Shown piece by piece: positions 13,298 through 27,099 of a stretch of 64,000 bases of DNA. The translations under genes and the position numbers were made by a program. The notes beneath the pieces were generated by a model. It saw only the letters and a list, made by a program, of their open reading frames with translations. It was not told the origin of the DNA and did no database searches. Origin of the DNA: Octopus vulgaris (taxonomy: Eukaryota); assembly GCA_951406725.2 (NCBI GenBank), contig OX597827.1, forward strand, positions 25,730,001 to 25,794,000. The letters run 5' to 3'. Position 1 is the stretch's first letter. Every line of letters begins with the position of its first letter.

Positions 13298-16205
13298 ATG
13301 CCGGATCCTAGGTCCTACCTCCTCACCCTCCATCACCGTTTGAAGGATCATCTACGTTCGCTTCCTGTATATTGCCTTCAGCCGTCCGTTAATCTCTCTC
13401 TACTTCTTTTTAAAAAAACCCGCTTCTCTAGCCATGTCTCTTTCCTAAGCCGCTGCCTACATCACCGACTCATCCCTAAAGGTTTCCGCCTCCACTTCCA
13501 CCCTGCTCTCCACTCGGATTCTTCCATCTTACCCATACTCCGCACCACATCTTACCGCCTTATGCGGGCCACCATTCGCTCCAATCTCTCCAAACTACAT
13601 GCCATCAACCGCCTTCTTCCTCCTGCTTTCTCCACCTTCTTCTCCTCTCTGCCGCCTCTCTATGCTCCAAACACGCTACGCTTCATTATCCATTTGAATC
13701 AACTCTTCCATCAATTTCTTTCTGATACCAAACTTCGTAAACTCCAATCACTCTTCCATTCCACCCTACCCGACGCCACTACCCCAACTCCTCCACCACC
13801 CTTCTCCCCTCCCGATAGGCTCCATCCACCCACACCTAACCCCACTGCCCCTCCCTACAACCCCTTCTCCCCTCCCGTTAGGCTCCATCCACCTACACCT
13901 AACCCTACTGCCCCGCCCAACCACCCCCCACACACCTCTCCAATCCCTCCCCCTCAGACCTCCCCGAGACCTACCACCCCTCCTACTTCTATTCCATCCA
14001 CCCCTTCTCCACTTCCGTCTGTTGTTACCATTCCCCCCGATCTTCCCCTCTCTGCGGCTGAACGCTCCGTCCTTGGTAGGGGTCTGCGTTTCATCCCCCT
14101 CACTCCATCCTGTAAGGAATTCCAGACGCGAGTTGATGTCCACAGCTTTGTGCGCCGTGTCCGGTTGGGTGCGCATTACCACGACTCGCCACCCACACCC
14201 AACGAAGAGGACGACTGCTTCACTGGCCTGGGCCGCCGACCATCCCCGTGGACGCCTGCCCCTGGCCAGATCCTAGCAGTGGATCTTTTCGCGGGCGCTT
14301 GTCAGCGTGCATTGGAGCGGTTCAACTTCTCCAGGCGCCAACGCCGCCTCAACATCTCCCCGGCTGAGCTCTTGGCTCTTCGTTCCCTCCAACGGCGCGC
14401 TGACATTATCATCAAACCGGCTGACAAGGGTGGAGCTGTAGTGGTGTGGCGCGCGGACCTCTATAGGGCCGAGGCTTTCCGCCAACTCAATGACACCTCC
14501 TTCTATTCCCCTTCTGCCCTCTAACCCCACACGTAGCTACCAACAGACGGTATCCTCTACTGTCCAAGACCTCATCTCGTCCTCCCGTCTCCCCCGCACC
14601 GCATCCAACCTAATTGTGCGAACCCCACGTACCCCCACCATTTACTTCCTCCCCAAAATCCACAAACCCAACAACCCTGGCCGCCCCATCGTCTCCGCCT
14701 GTAACTGCCCCACGGAGCTCATCTCTAAATACCTCGACCGTGTCCTTGCCCCCCTAGTGGCATCTCTTCCCTCCCACATCCACGATACCAACCATGCTCT
14801 CCGGCTTTTCAACTCTTTCTCCTTTCCTCCCGGCTCCTCCAAAATCCTTTTTACTATGGACATCCAAAGCCTCTATACTGTTATCCCTCACCACGAAGGA
14901 CTGCAGGCCCTTCGACACTTTCTTGACCTCCGCTCTAACCCTGTACCTGATACCTCCACACTCATTCGTCTGGCCGAACTTGTCCTTACTCTGAACTGCT
15001 TCTCGTTCGCGGGCGAGTTCTACCATCAGGTCTCGGGAGTGGCCATGGGAACGCGAATGGGCCCCAACTATGCGAACCTGTTCGTTGGCTATGTTGAGGC
15101 CCAAATATTCTCTAATTTCACTGGTCCCACTCCTGAACTATATGGTCGTTATATTGACGACATTATCGGTGCCACCTCACTCTCCCGCGAACATCTAGAT
15201 TCCTTCCTCTCTTTCGTCCAATCTTTCCATCCAGCCCTCCGCTTCACTTCCACTATCTCCAACACCTCTGTCTCCTTCCTCGACATTTCGGTTAGCATTC
15301 TTCACTCCACTCTTACCACCTCCATTCACTACAAACACACAGACTCACACTCATACCTCAACTTCTCTTCCTCCCACCCAGAACACACCAAGCTTTCCAT
15401 CCCCTATTCCCAATTCCTCCGTCTACGTAGGCTCTGTAGTGACGACCATGACTTTGAGACTCAGTCTCAACGTATGGCTCACCACTTCCCCTACGTGGAT
15501 ACCCCCTCACCACTATCCACACCGCCCTTGCCAGAGCACGGTCCGTGGACCGTGTATCTGCTCTCTCTCCCCGAACCCGCCCTGCAGTCTCCCGCCTCCC
15601 TTTTCCCCTCACTTACCACCCCACGACCCTACGTCTCCAACGCACCATTCTTCGAGCTTTCCGTCATCTCCACTCCGACCCGTCCACTTCACACCTCTTC
15701 CCTAACCGACCCCTCCCCTCTTTCAAACGAGCCCACAACCTTCGAGACCTTTTGGTCCATAGCTCCTTCCCTGACCCTACCTCCCAACCCGGCTCGTTCC
15801 CCTGCTCCCGCCCACGTTGCCGCACTTGCCCTTACCTCTCCAACACCACCCGCCTCACTAGCACCCACCATCGACCCTATCCCATCATCCACTCCTTCAC
15901 CTGCACCTCCAGCAATATTATCTATTGCATCTCTTGCTCTCTCTGCAATTCCTTGTACATCGGACAAACGGGACGCCGCTTGGCTGACCGGTTCGCGGAA
16001 CACCTTCGTGACATCCACCTTGCGAACGACACACCGGTCTCACGCCATTTCCGCTCCACCGGTCACTCCTTGCAACACCTATCTGTGTTCGGTTTGTCCT
16101 TACACAGAGGCCATCCGGATTCCCGTTTGCGCCGTGAACAGGAATTAATCTTCTCTCTTCGCTCTTATACGCCATTTGGTCTCAACTCTCCCCCTCCTCA
16201 TCTAA
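13298..16205 (+). pseudogene. PLE polyprotein: reverse transcriptase + Cys linker + GIY-YIG endonuclease (frameshifts at ~14510 and ~15490, probably also ~16192)
   Basis: Motifs SHVSFLSRCLHHRLIPKG, IKPADKGGAVVVW, YFLPKIHKPNNPGRPIVS, TMDIQSLYT, GVAMGTRMGPNYANLF, RYIDD, FLD, CSRPRCRTC, IIYCISCSLCNSLYIGQTGRRLADRFAEH, REQELI..L....PFGLN across ORFs 13064-14524, 14490-16148 and 15545-16546. ATG at 13298. Confidence 0.93.
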
Positions 16206-16552
16206 CCCCCCCCCTTTCCCCCCTCCTCACCTATCCTTTCTCCCCCCGACCCCTACTTCTTCAGTCCTTCATCCTTTCACCCCTACTCCCCTTCCCTTCT
16301 TCCCTCTTTCTCCCTCCCTCTTCCCCTTCCCTCTGCTCCCTCACTCCCTCTCTCCCCTTCTCTCTCCCCCTCTCCCTCTTTCCTCCTTCATCCCCCTCAT
16401 CCCCTTCCTTCTCCCCCATCCTCTCCTCTCCCCCCTTCTCCTCCCCATCTTCTTCCCCTCCCCTTCTCTCTCCCCCCTCTTCTCCCCTCCCCCTCTTCTC
16501 CTCACTACACCACATGACTTTACACATCACATCACATCACATATGATGTGCC

Positions 16553-16890
16553 ATACTAATACACACACCAACTAATACATACTAATACGTACTAATACAT
16601 ACTAGTACATACTAATACTTACACCAACCCTATACATACACACGTCCAGACCCCGCATACGCACTTATACTCTCTCTCACACACACACACACACCTATAC
16701 ATACTAATACGTACTAATACATACTAATACATACTAATACATACACCAACCCCATACATACGCACGTCCAGACCAATCTTACGCACTAATACTCTCTCAT
16801 ACACACACACACACACACACACACCCTTATACATACTAATACATACACCAACCCTATACATACACACATCCAGACCCCTCCCACGCACTT
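16553..16890 (+). repeat. Tandem repeats in the PLE 3' region
   Basis: (actaatacat/cgt) 10-mers plus about three longer units containing acaccaaccc...catac...gtccagacc. Confidence 0.85.
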
Positions 16891-17060
16891 TTAGCTGGTC
16901 CCTCAACCCATTTATCAACCCTATTATCTCCCCTTATTTCGCTCTCGCGTCTCATGTTTGATCTTTGACCTCTGGCCGAAATCAGATCGCCATGTTGATT
17001 CGTTAGCTACTGCACGCATTTTTTTCTCTCCTTCTTTCTGTGTTTTTCTCTCTCTGTGTA

Positions 17061-17098
17061 TCTTTCTGTTGAAGAGCGTAGGCTCGAAACGTTAAAGA
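17061..17098 (+). ncRNA. Minimal hammerhead ribozyme-like motif of the PLE pseudo-LTR (variant core)
   Basis: tcttt-CTGTTGA-a-gagc(gtag)gctc-GAAAC-GTT-aaaga: stem I tcttt/aaaga, stem II gagc/gctc, palindromic ACGT stem III. The core is CUGUUGA rather than CUGAnGA. Confidence 0.7.
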
Positions 17099-17301
17099 CT
17101 TGTTTTATTTATATTTCCTGAGCGCCATACTAATACAATTGTTCGTTTGTTTTCCACCTGCCTTCGTCTTTTGTTTATTTTCATAAAGCTTCCCGTTATA
17201 TATATATATACATACATATGGCCCCCACCACCCCACTACCGTTTGACAACCAGTGTTAGTGTGATTATGTCTCTGTAACTTAGCGGTTCGGCAAAAGAGT
17301 A

Positions 17302-17912
17302 AATTGTCATGCCGATACCTGCTCAGAGGCCTACGCAAAGTTGCAGAAAGTGTATGGGGAGGAGTGTATGAGCAGCACAGAAGAGTACGAGTGGTTCACA
17401 CGTTTCCAAGATGGCCGAAAAATGTCAATAACAGCGAAAGTTCTGGGAGACCCGCAACCAACAGGACTAAGAAAAATATCACAGATGTGCGTGAACTGTG
17501 ATGAGGAAATCGCCGAATCACCATTGGTGAGTAATCAGATGAAGTGCAGTATAGTTACGGTTCAGTTCAATCTATTATCAGTTAAGATTTGGGTATGAGA
17601 CATGTGTCTGCCAAGTTTGGGCCGAAACTGATTTCAGCTGACTTGATTGTGTCGAGAACGATGACAACTCTTTGAAAACTTTTCGCAGCCAAAATTTCAT
17701 ACAGGTCCTCTACTCAACTTTCTCTGTCATGATCAATGCGCCAGTCACACACTACGCACTTCCTTCCAAGCATTGCTGTAAACAGCTGAAGTGAGCTAGA
17801 ACGTTAACACTTAAAACGCCTGCATAGGTCAGTATGTGCCAAGCAGCTTTCCGCTGCGGGCTTTAGGCTCGTTTCTATGGCAACAGTCTCGATACTTATT
17901 GATCAGATAATA
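17302..17912 (+). mobile_element. Mariner-family internally deleted element (transposase HTH fragment)
   Basis: Translates DTCSEAYAKLQKVYGEECMSSTEEYEWFTRFQDGR, SGRPAT and DLGMRHVSAKFGPKL (mariner N-terminal HTH and WVPHEL-like linker). TIR-like end cagtctcgatacttattgatcag...ta. Confidence 0.8.
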
Positions 17913-20294
17913 TATTTTAATTTTGTTAATAACTTCAAAATTTAATCGATAAAAGTGTAATTCATCTATTAATGGACTGAGTATGGTGGGATGCGCTCAA
18001 TCACAACTTCGTGAGTTTGATAATATCCCATCGGAATACTCAGGCACCTAGACTCTAATTCAGTTGACATGTAGCCAAGTTGATCGAACAACAAAATTAT
18101 CATCAACGAAACCGACGGAGATCCATTATTAAGAAAAGTCATTAAGATGCAATAATTTGCATTCGTTTTGTCTCTACAAACCATTCAGAGCTGGAATATT
18201 CGCTGGATCTTGATCTAAAATAAAAAACTGCCTGTCTGATGCAATCGTGCCAGTGAAGAATATCAGGCCATTATAGATGACTATGGTATGAATGACTGTC
18301 AAATATTGTCAGTGAGAACATGTCAAAGAATTTTGGGGAATTTTAGTTGAATTTTTGTGAATTTTGGTGAATTTTTAGTTATGTGTTGCTGTTGATTATA
18401 GAAAGAAATTTCACGTGCATACGTCAGTTGTACAGAGACGGTGAATATTGTGTTTAATGTTTATATTCATGTATATATATTACTGAGACGCATTTTGAAA
18501 CTTGCTAATCATTTCGTTTCTTCTAAAGAATAGAATTAAGTTTATACAAATCTTTGGCAAAGTGGCAATTTTTCCCGTACAGTATTTATTCACTACTGTA
18601 AGTAATCCTTTTATACTTTTTTCAATCAAGAGCCTTGCCTAAAATATAAGACATCTCGCGAGCATTCTAACAAAATACATACTTTATTTCGATTTGAATT
18701 TTCAATACCTATTATCTTTACTGACACAATTCATCATTAATTTCTACAGATTCTTATGGTTTACGAAGATTTAAATATGTTGCAATAATTTAACATTATT
18801 TTCTGATTTGAAGTCATTTGTCAAATGAATGCCCTCCCAGAATCAAAGTTAATTAAGCATCAAAACCTCTACATAATGATTTTTAAAAATTGCTTGCTAC
18901 ATTGGTGTTATAAATTCGCTGCAGATAGTATATATTATTTGGTCGTTTGCTTGTGGAGGCGAAAATGAATTGTCTTGTTATCCCGAATAATTTAGATTTT
19001 GTATGTATAATCATTTGAATACAACATTATACATACATTATACATAACGTATGTATAACATTATACAACATTATACATAAGATAGTGAATGTAGAATGTA
19101 CAAGTCTTCTTTGTATGAAATACTTTAATTATCTATACGAAAATCATTCATGCTTCTTAAAGATAGGGTACGTAGGAAAAAGCGAGATCATCTTATCTAT
19201 AAACTGGCCGATAAAGTTCTGTGCCGCACCAGAGAACTCGAAATCTCAGTTTTTTTATAACGCTTTGTAAAATTTCTAGAAAATTCGACCAGACTATATG
19301 GCGGGAAGATTTCATTTCACATGGTTGCTCACTAGCCGATCTGATTGGTACCCTGTATGGCAACGCAATGAATCATTCGAAAGTGTCCTTGACATTTATG
19401 GTAGTAACGTATACCGAGTTTTTTAGTTGAGAAACCTGAAAGCAATAGTTCAAGACACAGCAGCAACTTTGTTACACTCCCTTTAAATTTTCAACATAAT
19501 ACTCCATCACAATATGGATTATCGGATTAGGTGTTACGAGAAAATCCATAAACTTGAATAAATTCACAAACTATTGGATGCCTAATACTAAAACAATTTC
19601 AGCATTATTACATCACAAATACGATGTGACAACTAATCACTACTTGCTTCGAAAAAGACTATTTTTAGACGTGAAGTATAATTTTTCTACGTTAATGTTT
19701 TTCTTATTGAAAATAACTAAAATTTGATGAATTTTGTTATCGATTCACACATTATAAAGAGCACTGAGACTGTTTGAACTACATTATATTTGAGTAGACA
19801 CGTTCTTGGATTGTATATCTGAATTATTACCCATAAATTTCAATAAACAATCTAACTATTACATTCTATGGTTAGATGATTAGATTTTTATCTGCTACTT
19901 AAATTTATATATCCGTTAAGTATTTTTAAATATCAAAGCATGATGGCGTTCTTGCTGAAATGTATTTCGCTAATCATTATCGAATGATCAAGTTCCTCCG
20001 AAATGTTCTTCCATCTTTTTGAAATCAGTTCTTCACTATAATATTAGCGAGGAATTAAGGAAGCCATAATGAATACATGGGCTATATACATTTTCATTGC
20101 GAATTATCTGAGATAATTTTTCATCTGCTACATTTAATAAACATAAAAGTGAAAGAGAGCAAACTAAACGTTCTGACACTTCATGTCTACGAGTATTATG
20201 TTTACAGATTTCTAAGACTAATCAATATTGCCTTTTCCTATATATGATGATTATTTATATATATATATATATATATATACATATATATATGTAT

Positions 20295-20346
<52 letters not shown>

Positions 20347-20495
20347 GTTTATATATTATAAAATATATGCATACGTACACATATATCTATATATTTACGA
20401 ATACACATTTATATATATATAATAAAATATATGCATACACACACATAAATATCTATATACGTACATAAACACATACATACATATATGTATGTATG

Positions 20496-20535
<40 letters not shown>

Positions 20536-20667
20536 AAAATATATACATGCATACACATGTATCTATGTATTTACGCACACATATATGTGTATATATATAT
20601 AATGAAATATATGTATACACACACATAAATATCTATATACGTACATACACACGTACATACATATATG

Positions 20668-20716
<49 letters not shown>

Positions 20717-21328
20717 AATCACCGAGAAGTGCCATGTATACTTTCATGTTTATATACACACATACACATGTACATCTATATACACACGGACGCATAAGCG
20801 TAGGGTCGATATAACCTTTGGGAAAAAGCGTTTTAGGATGTAAAACTCTTAGGATCTACTCCTCGGTAATTTTGTTTCATCAATATATTAGGATCTGGCG
20901 ATGTTATATTTGCTGCAAATTTTACCGAACCACGAAAGGTCAGAACAACCACGAACAAAACAAAAACGAAAAAAACAAAAACAATAAAAATAGCAAAAAT
21001 AACAAAAGCAAAAAGAAACAACATGAACTAATAAAAGGAGAAGATATGCTTTAACATAAAACTGGATTTGTTTAATGCATATAGTGATTCGACAATTCGG
21101 AACTGTTGAACAATACCGCTGGATAGAGGTGGTATGAGTCATATCGAAAGATGCAACGAGGAGGGCAAATGAAAAGAGAAAGATAGAGAGAGAAATAGAG
21201 AAGGTGAGAGAGAGAGGGGTGAGAGATAAAGAAAGAAAGAAAGAAAGAGAAAGAGAAGGAGAGAGAGAGGGAGAGAGATAATATGATACACACCGTATAT
21301 ATATATATATATATAACTATATATATAC

Positions 21329-21378
<50 letters not shown>

Positions 21379-21510
21379 GTATATGTGTATATATATATAT
21401 GCATGTATGTATGTATGTATATATACATGCATACTATATATATATACATGTATATGTGTATATATGAATGTATGTATGTATGTATGTATGTATGTATGTA
21501 TGTATGTATG

Positions 21511-21546
<36 letters not shown>

Positions 21547-21547
21547 C

Positions 21548-21594
<47 letters not shown>

Positions 21595-21692
21595 CACACC
21601 GGAAGAGAGGCGGTATTGGAAACGTAGGAAATAAAAGCTTGATATATGCTGAATATACCATCGCCCTAAAAGAGTCATTGCGTTAGATTTTA

Positions 21693-21746
21693 CAATAACA
21701 ACAACAACTACTACTAATACTACTGCTAAAATTAATACTACGTGAG

Positions 21747-21815
<69 letters not shown>

Positions 21816-21900
21816 GTAATAACAATAATAATAATAGTAATAATAATGATAATAATAGTAATAATAATAATAATAATAAGGATAATAATGATAGCAGTAA

Positions 21901-21934
<34 letters not shown>

Positions 21935-21968
21935 TGTTGTTGTTGTTGTTGTAGTAGTAGTAACAGTA
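21693..21968. repeat. Compound (AAC)/(AAT)/(TAG)/(GTT) microsatellite
   Basis: Direct reading. Confidence 0.95.
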
Positions 21969-23082
21969 ACAAAATGCCATGATAAAATGAGGGCAAGAAA
22001 GCCCTTACTTGGCAAATACTGGGATAACTATACAGAAAAGAAATGGAGAATGTAAAACCCCAACAATGGTGGTGAATCGGAGGACAAAGCAGAAACTAAA
22101 AGATTCTCAGTTGCGGTCTGAGATTCTTAATTGAGGCCTCACCGCAGGAAACCCCCAGAAACACAGAGAAAAATACAGTAAGTACCTGCAAAATACATGG
22201 TAATGGGGAAGTCGTGGCTATGAAGGAATATATCCTAAGGTATGACAGTGTTGGCTCGTATATATACACCGGAAGCTAAGCTAACACCATGGAATGACAA
22301 CAGGAGAAAGATGATATAGGTACGACCCAGAAAATCATATCTCTTTAAATTCAGAGGAGGAACTCCTGCGCAATTGTTCATCATCAGATAAATAGCAGAA
22401 AATTTCCCTTCCAAATTGTACATGAAAAAATTAAAGAAGTCAGAATTAAAGTATATTTGATCAGATATCTGTCAATCCAAAGTGACTTGGTGAACAGGAT
22501 CTAAAATAAAACAGCGAAAACGCGTTTACCATTACTGTTTGACGACCAGGTAGAAAGAAAACAATATATATATATATATACATATATCAGTTTGTATGGT
22601 TGTGTACAGGTAATTACATTAGTCAATGGAATAACATCATAGTCTTAGCTTCACGTTTTCATTTTGTATGCCTTGCAATAATAATAATGATAAAAGTTCT
22701 TTCATGTTTTCCTCAATCTTCAGGCTCATGTAGCAGCAGTGTTAACTGATAACTGTGAGTGACAATTGATAACTGTGATGGGTTGATTGAATCGATCCTT
22801 TAAATACCTTCCAAAATGCTACAGCAGGCTGAATTTGAGGAGATTCTTATAGAAAAATTTTAATCAAATAGCGTGCTCAAGAAAATGACATGGCTTCGTG
22901 AGCACGTCAACACACCTGTCCTTATCTGCGCACATTCAACGAAATATTTTAATCAATTACAATCTGAGGTACTGAGCAGAATGTTTGCTGTAGCCCATCT
23001 TTTACACCAAGACAACGTGTACATAATATCATGTCCGATCAGTTAAGATCAGAAGCCATGAGAGCATTATTATTATTGTTAC

Positions 23083-23180
<98 letters not shown>

Positions 23181-23181
<1 letters not shown>

Positions 23182-23593
23182 CTTTCAGTAGTTTTATTTT
23201 TATAGCGTGCTTTCACTTCACTACCGAGCGCAGCTCTGTGTGCCTTGGGTATGTGCTGTGATTTGTTGTGATGCTCTGATGGTTATTATATGGAAAGTGT
23301 TCTGCGTAGGATGTGTGCAGTGCCTAGTAGTGCAAGTTTCTGTATGTTATATGTTTTTGTGTTATGTTTGTGTTTGTGTTATGTTTGTGTTATGTTATGG
23401 TGTTTTTGTTTTGTATTTGTCTGAATATTTTTTTATCATGCCTAATGCACCTATTATGATAGGAAATGTTTCTGTTTTTAGATTCCACATTCTGGTTACC
23501 TCTTTTTCCAGGTCTTTGTATTTTGAAAGTTTCTCCATTTCTTTTAGAGATACGTTGTCATCTGCCGGTATTGATACATCAATTAGAAAGCAT
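23181..23593 (-). mobile_element. 5'-truncated RLE-type non-LTR retrotransposon (R4/Dong-like) 3' end
   Basis: Minus-strand translation KCFLIDVSIPADDNVSLKEMEKLSKYKDLEKEVTRMWNLKTETFPIIIGALG matches the restriction-like endonuclease C-terminus. Bracketed on both sides by (TTA)n. Confidence 0.88.
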
Positions 23594-23611
23594 TTATTAT
23601 TATTATTATTA

Positions 23612-23743
<132 letters not shown>

Positions 23744-24099
23744 TTGATTGAGAGAACAATACATCCCAACAAATTACACTGGAGTACAAATATACGCACA
23801 CCAATATACCCACCTTGAGACCCGTCTGATAAAGGTCCATCAGGTACATGCATCACTGCCGTATGTGCGTGACATACTGATCTAATATCGAGACAAGCAA
23901 CGCATGACCTTGCAGGTGAGGCCCAGGTAGAATTTTTCAGTTTGAGTAGCCCATCCCGCTCAAAAGGTTCCTGACTAAGGGTTGTTTAAGGAATAAGACC
24001 AAAACATCCATGTTTCCAGAGGTGAATAATTCAAACCCGAAACAATCCTTCTCAACACATGGCTATGATGCTCACCCATTACTTCTACATGTTATCTCG

Positions 24100-24785
24100 A
24101 CTTCACTTGAGTTGTATAGTTTGTAAAATGAGAATATTATAGGCATTCCCTGATCATGTTTCTAAAGGCATGGCGAAAATGAAGGTCTCAAATTTGTTGT
24201 CAATATACTTGTGAGCGGTTCCTATAATCAGTTTCCTCCCTGGAGAATATGTATCCTTTCACATTTCAAGCATTTCATGCATTGAATAAGATTTATACTC
24301 TTATAGGTCATATTTGCATTTGTTAATATTCTTCCGGCGTTTGTGTCAATATACTGACCGGTATATATAAACTGATATGTATCGCATCATTTGTCACTAT
24401 CCTTGTTGTTCTAGTCAAATTTTATATTTGCCAATAACCTTATATTTCGTAACTTTGATAATAGACGTTTAATTCGGTGACGCTAAAGATATTTTGGCGA
24501 CATGTTTTGTGTGCATCTACAAATGGTTTGATATTTTATTCTTGTATTCTTCTTTCATGCGTTGTCCTCCATTGTTCATTAGGCATTTTTTTTAGCACGT
24601 TGTATAACATTTTATATAGGTAAAGATAGAAATTTTTCTTCGATTAGAAATCCTTAGAGTTTTCTGAGATGTTTGCATCTGGAATTTCCTTCATCAAAAA
24701 TGGTACAAATGCTTCTAGTAAGACTGTATGGAATATAACGCTTTGTGTGTGTTGGTTGGAAATGTTCAGGCAATGATATCTCTGA
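24100..24785 (-). pseudogene. Highly degenerate Penelope-like RT thumb / GIY-YIG fragment
   Basis: Manual minus-strand translation from ~24781 gives HCLNISNQHTKRYIPYSLTRSICTIFDE, similar to the PLE H.KHTKRNIPYSLARRICTIV motif. Remnants resembling YIGQ..RNR...QQI occur near 24190-24260. Confidence 0.6.
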
Positions 24786-25704
24786 AATTTACAAAGCTGA
24801 ATACAGATTCTACACGTGAGTGCTGAACACTTTCAAATTCTCTACAGATTTCGGCCAGGTTGGAAAGCAACCTTCAAGGCATCTATCTCTTCCATACACC
24901 TGTGTGTGTATGTGTGTGTGTGTACGTGTATATGTATGTGTATGTGTGCGTGAAATAAACAAACGGAACACTCATTTACCGTACTTAGAGTTTCCCAACA
25001 TACGAGTGTTCCAAGTTTGTGTAATATGCTAAATATATTCCCCTATTTTAATGTTATTGAGGGCAACTCTTTTGTTGTTTCACATGTGGTTAATCGTTTA
25101 TATACATATATCTGTGCATGAGCATGCATTCTCAGACACACATACGTATTATACACGTGCCTTTTAAGATACACATTCATATACGTGAGTGCGTGCATGT
25201 GTATTTGTAAATGTGCATTCATCTGTGTAACCATGTGTATTGCTTTCTGTAATTACTTTATTCTACAGACTCTTCAAATACATTTTCCTTCTTTTTTCTC
25301 CTTCTCAATTCTATCCTTTATCACTCGTTCACTCGGCTCTTGTACTATTCTCGCATTCATTTTTCGGTCTTTTCTTTATATTAGCTTTTCTTCAGTACTT
25401 GCCAATCTGTTTCCTTATAAATCCCTTCACTTACCAACAGGCGTTTAGCTGCCCTCCATCATCTCTTTCTATCTATCTATCTATCTATCTATCTATCATC
25501 CCCTCCCTCTCACCCCACGGTCTTTTTGTGTCTGTCTCTCTCTCCCCCTCTCTCTCCCTCTCAGTTTCTGTCTCTGTCTCTGTCTGTCTGTCTGTCCGTC
25601 TGTTTGTCTGTCTCTCTCTCTATCTATCAATCACTTTATCTATTTACCTATCTCCCTCCTTCTCCCGCTCTTTCTCTCAGTCTCTATCTCTCTGTTTCTG
25701 TGTC

Positions 25705-25858
<154 letters not shown>

Positions 25859-26482
25859 TATGCCCTCACAAACATTTCTAACTCTCCCTGTGTTTCTCAT
25901 TTTTAACCCATTTACCAATCTGTTTACTTTCTTTCTTCCTCTTCGTCCCTGCTCTCAAACATTTCCTAGTATCTGTTTAGCTCTCTCCATCTTTCTTCTT
26001 AATGTTACCTCACCTTTTACATCCACCCCCATACATTCTATCCGCTTTTCTTTTTCCTCCACACCTCTTCCTCTCCTCATAACATATTTCATTTATGTTT
26101 TGCGTCGCTTTTCCTCTCTAGTTTTACATCATTCTCTTATATCTCCTTTCCTTTCATATATTCGTTTTCCTCTCTCACTACAAACACACATACACGCACT
26201 GCCACACACGCAAGCACACACACACACACACACACATTCACACACTCACACACATACACACACAATCAAACGTACACGCATACACTCATACATATATTTT
26301 CCGCCATCACTTCCCCCACTTCTTCGTATGCCTTTTCAATTTAAGGATGTAAGTCGCACATAATTTTTTTTCCCCATTCGAAACATATTTTCTTTTCACG
26401 GCACCCAATGTGACATTTTCTCAACCTTTTATACATTTAACTCCCTCTCCTGCTCCCCCTTTCTCTGCCTCCCCCTTATATA

Positions 26483-26531
<49 letters not shown>

Positions 26532-26890
26532 TTGTGTGTGTGTGTCTGTGTGTATCTGTGTGCATGCGTGTATGTATGTATGTATGTATGTATGTATGTA
26601 TGTATGTATGTATGTATGTATGTATGTATGTATTTGTATGTATGAGTGGGTTGTTCTTTCCTTCTATTTTCTGAACTAAACGTTGTGAGGTTTTCTTTAA
26701 AACAAATGTCTAACTACGTCAGCTCCTAATTACATCACTCCTTCCTTCAATCTCACCTTTCTTCGCTTTCATATTCACATTTTCTTTCCTAATCAGTCTA
26801 TTTCAATATTGCATTTCACTCCTAATTCTTCTCTTTCTTCTTCAAACATTCCCATTATATCACTCTATCATTTTCACCCTTTCTCCCTCT

Positions 26891-26942
<52 letters not shown>

Positions 26943-27099
26943 CACTCTTGCTCTCCCTCTCTTCTTTTAATATTTTTCTCTCAATCGTCCCCCCTCATCA
27001 CTTTTCTCTCTTTCAAATTCGTCCTGAAAGCAATTGCCACTGGCTTGATTAGTTCCTTAAAGTTATCCTCCACGTTCTAGTTCATTAGCAGATATATCA

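Larger units (their letters stand above)
12706..17197 (+). mobile_element. Penelope-like retroelement (Neptune-type), near full length
   Basis: RT + GIY-YIG ORF, C-rich 3' region, tandem repeats, hammerhead motif, and a tail ending at (TA)n. Flanked by the 5' part (12650-12705) and 3' part (17225-17300) of a family B SINE. The 5' boundary is approximate. Confidence 0.92.

Noticed and set aside
13766-16530. Antisense ORFs over the PLE (and plus-strand ORFs over the Tx1 LINE)
   Set aside because: Shadow ORFs caused by base composition; no motifs.
16206-16546. Pro/Ser/Leu-rich C-terminal extension of the GIY-YIG ORF
   Set aside because: Low-complexity polypyrimidine tract read through a probable frameshift after the terminal GLN motif.
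16553-16890. CRISPR-like repeat array
   Set aside because: Eukaryotic tandem repeats inside a PLE, with no unique spacers and no cas genes.
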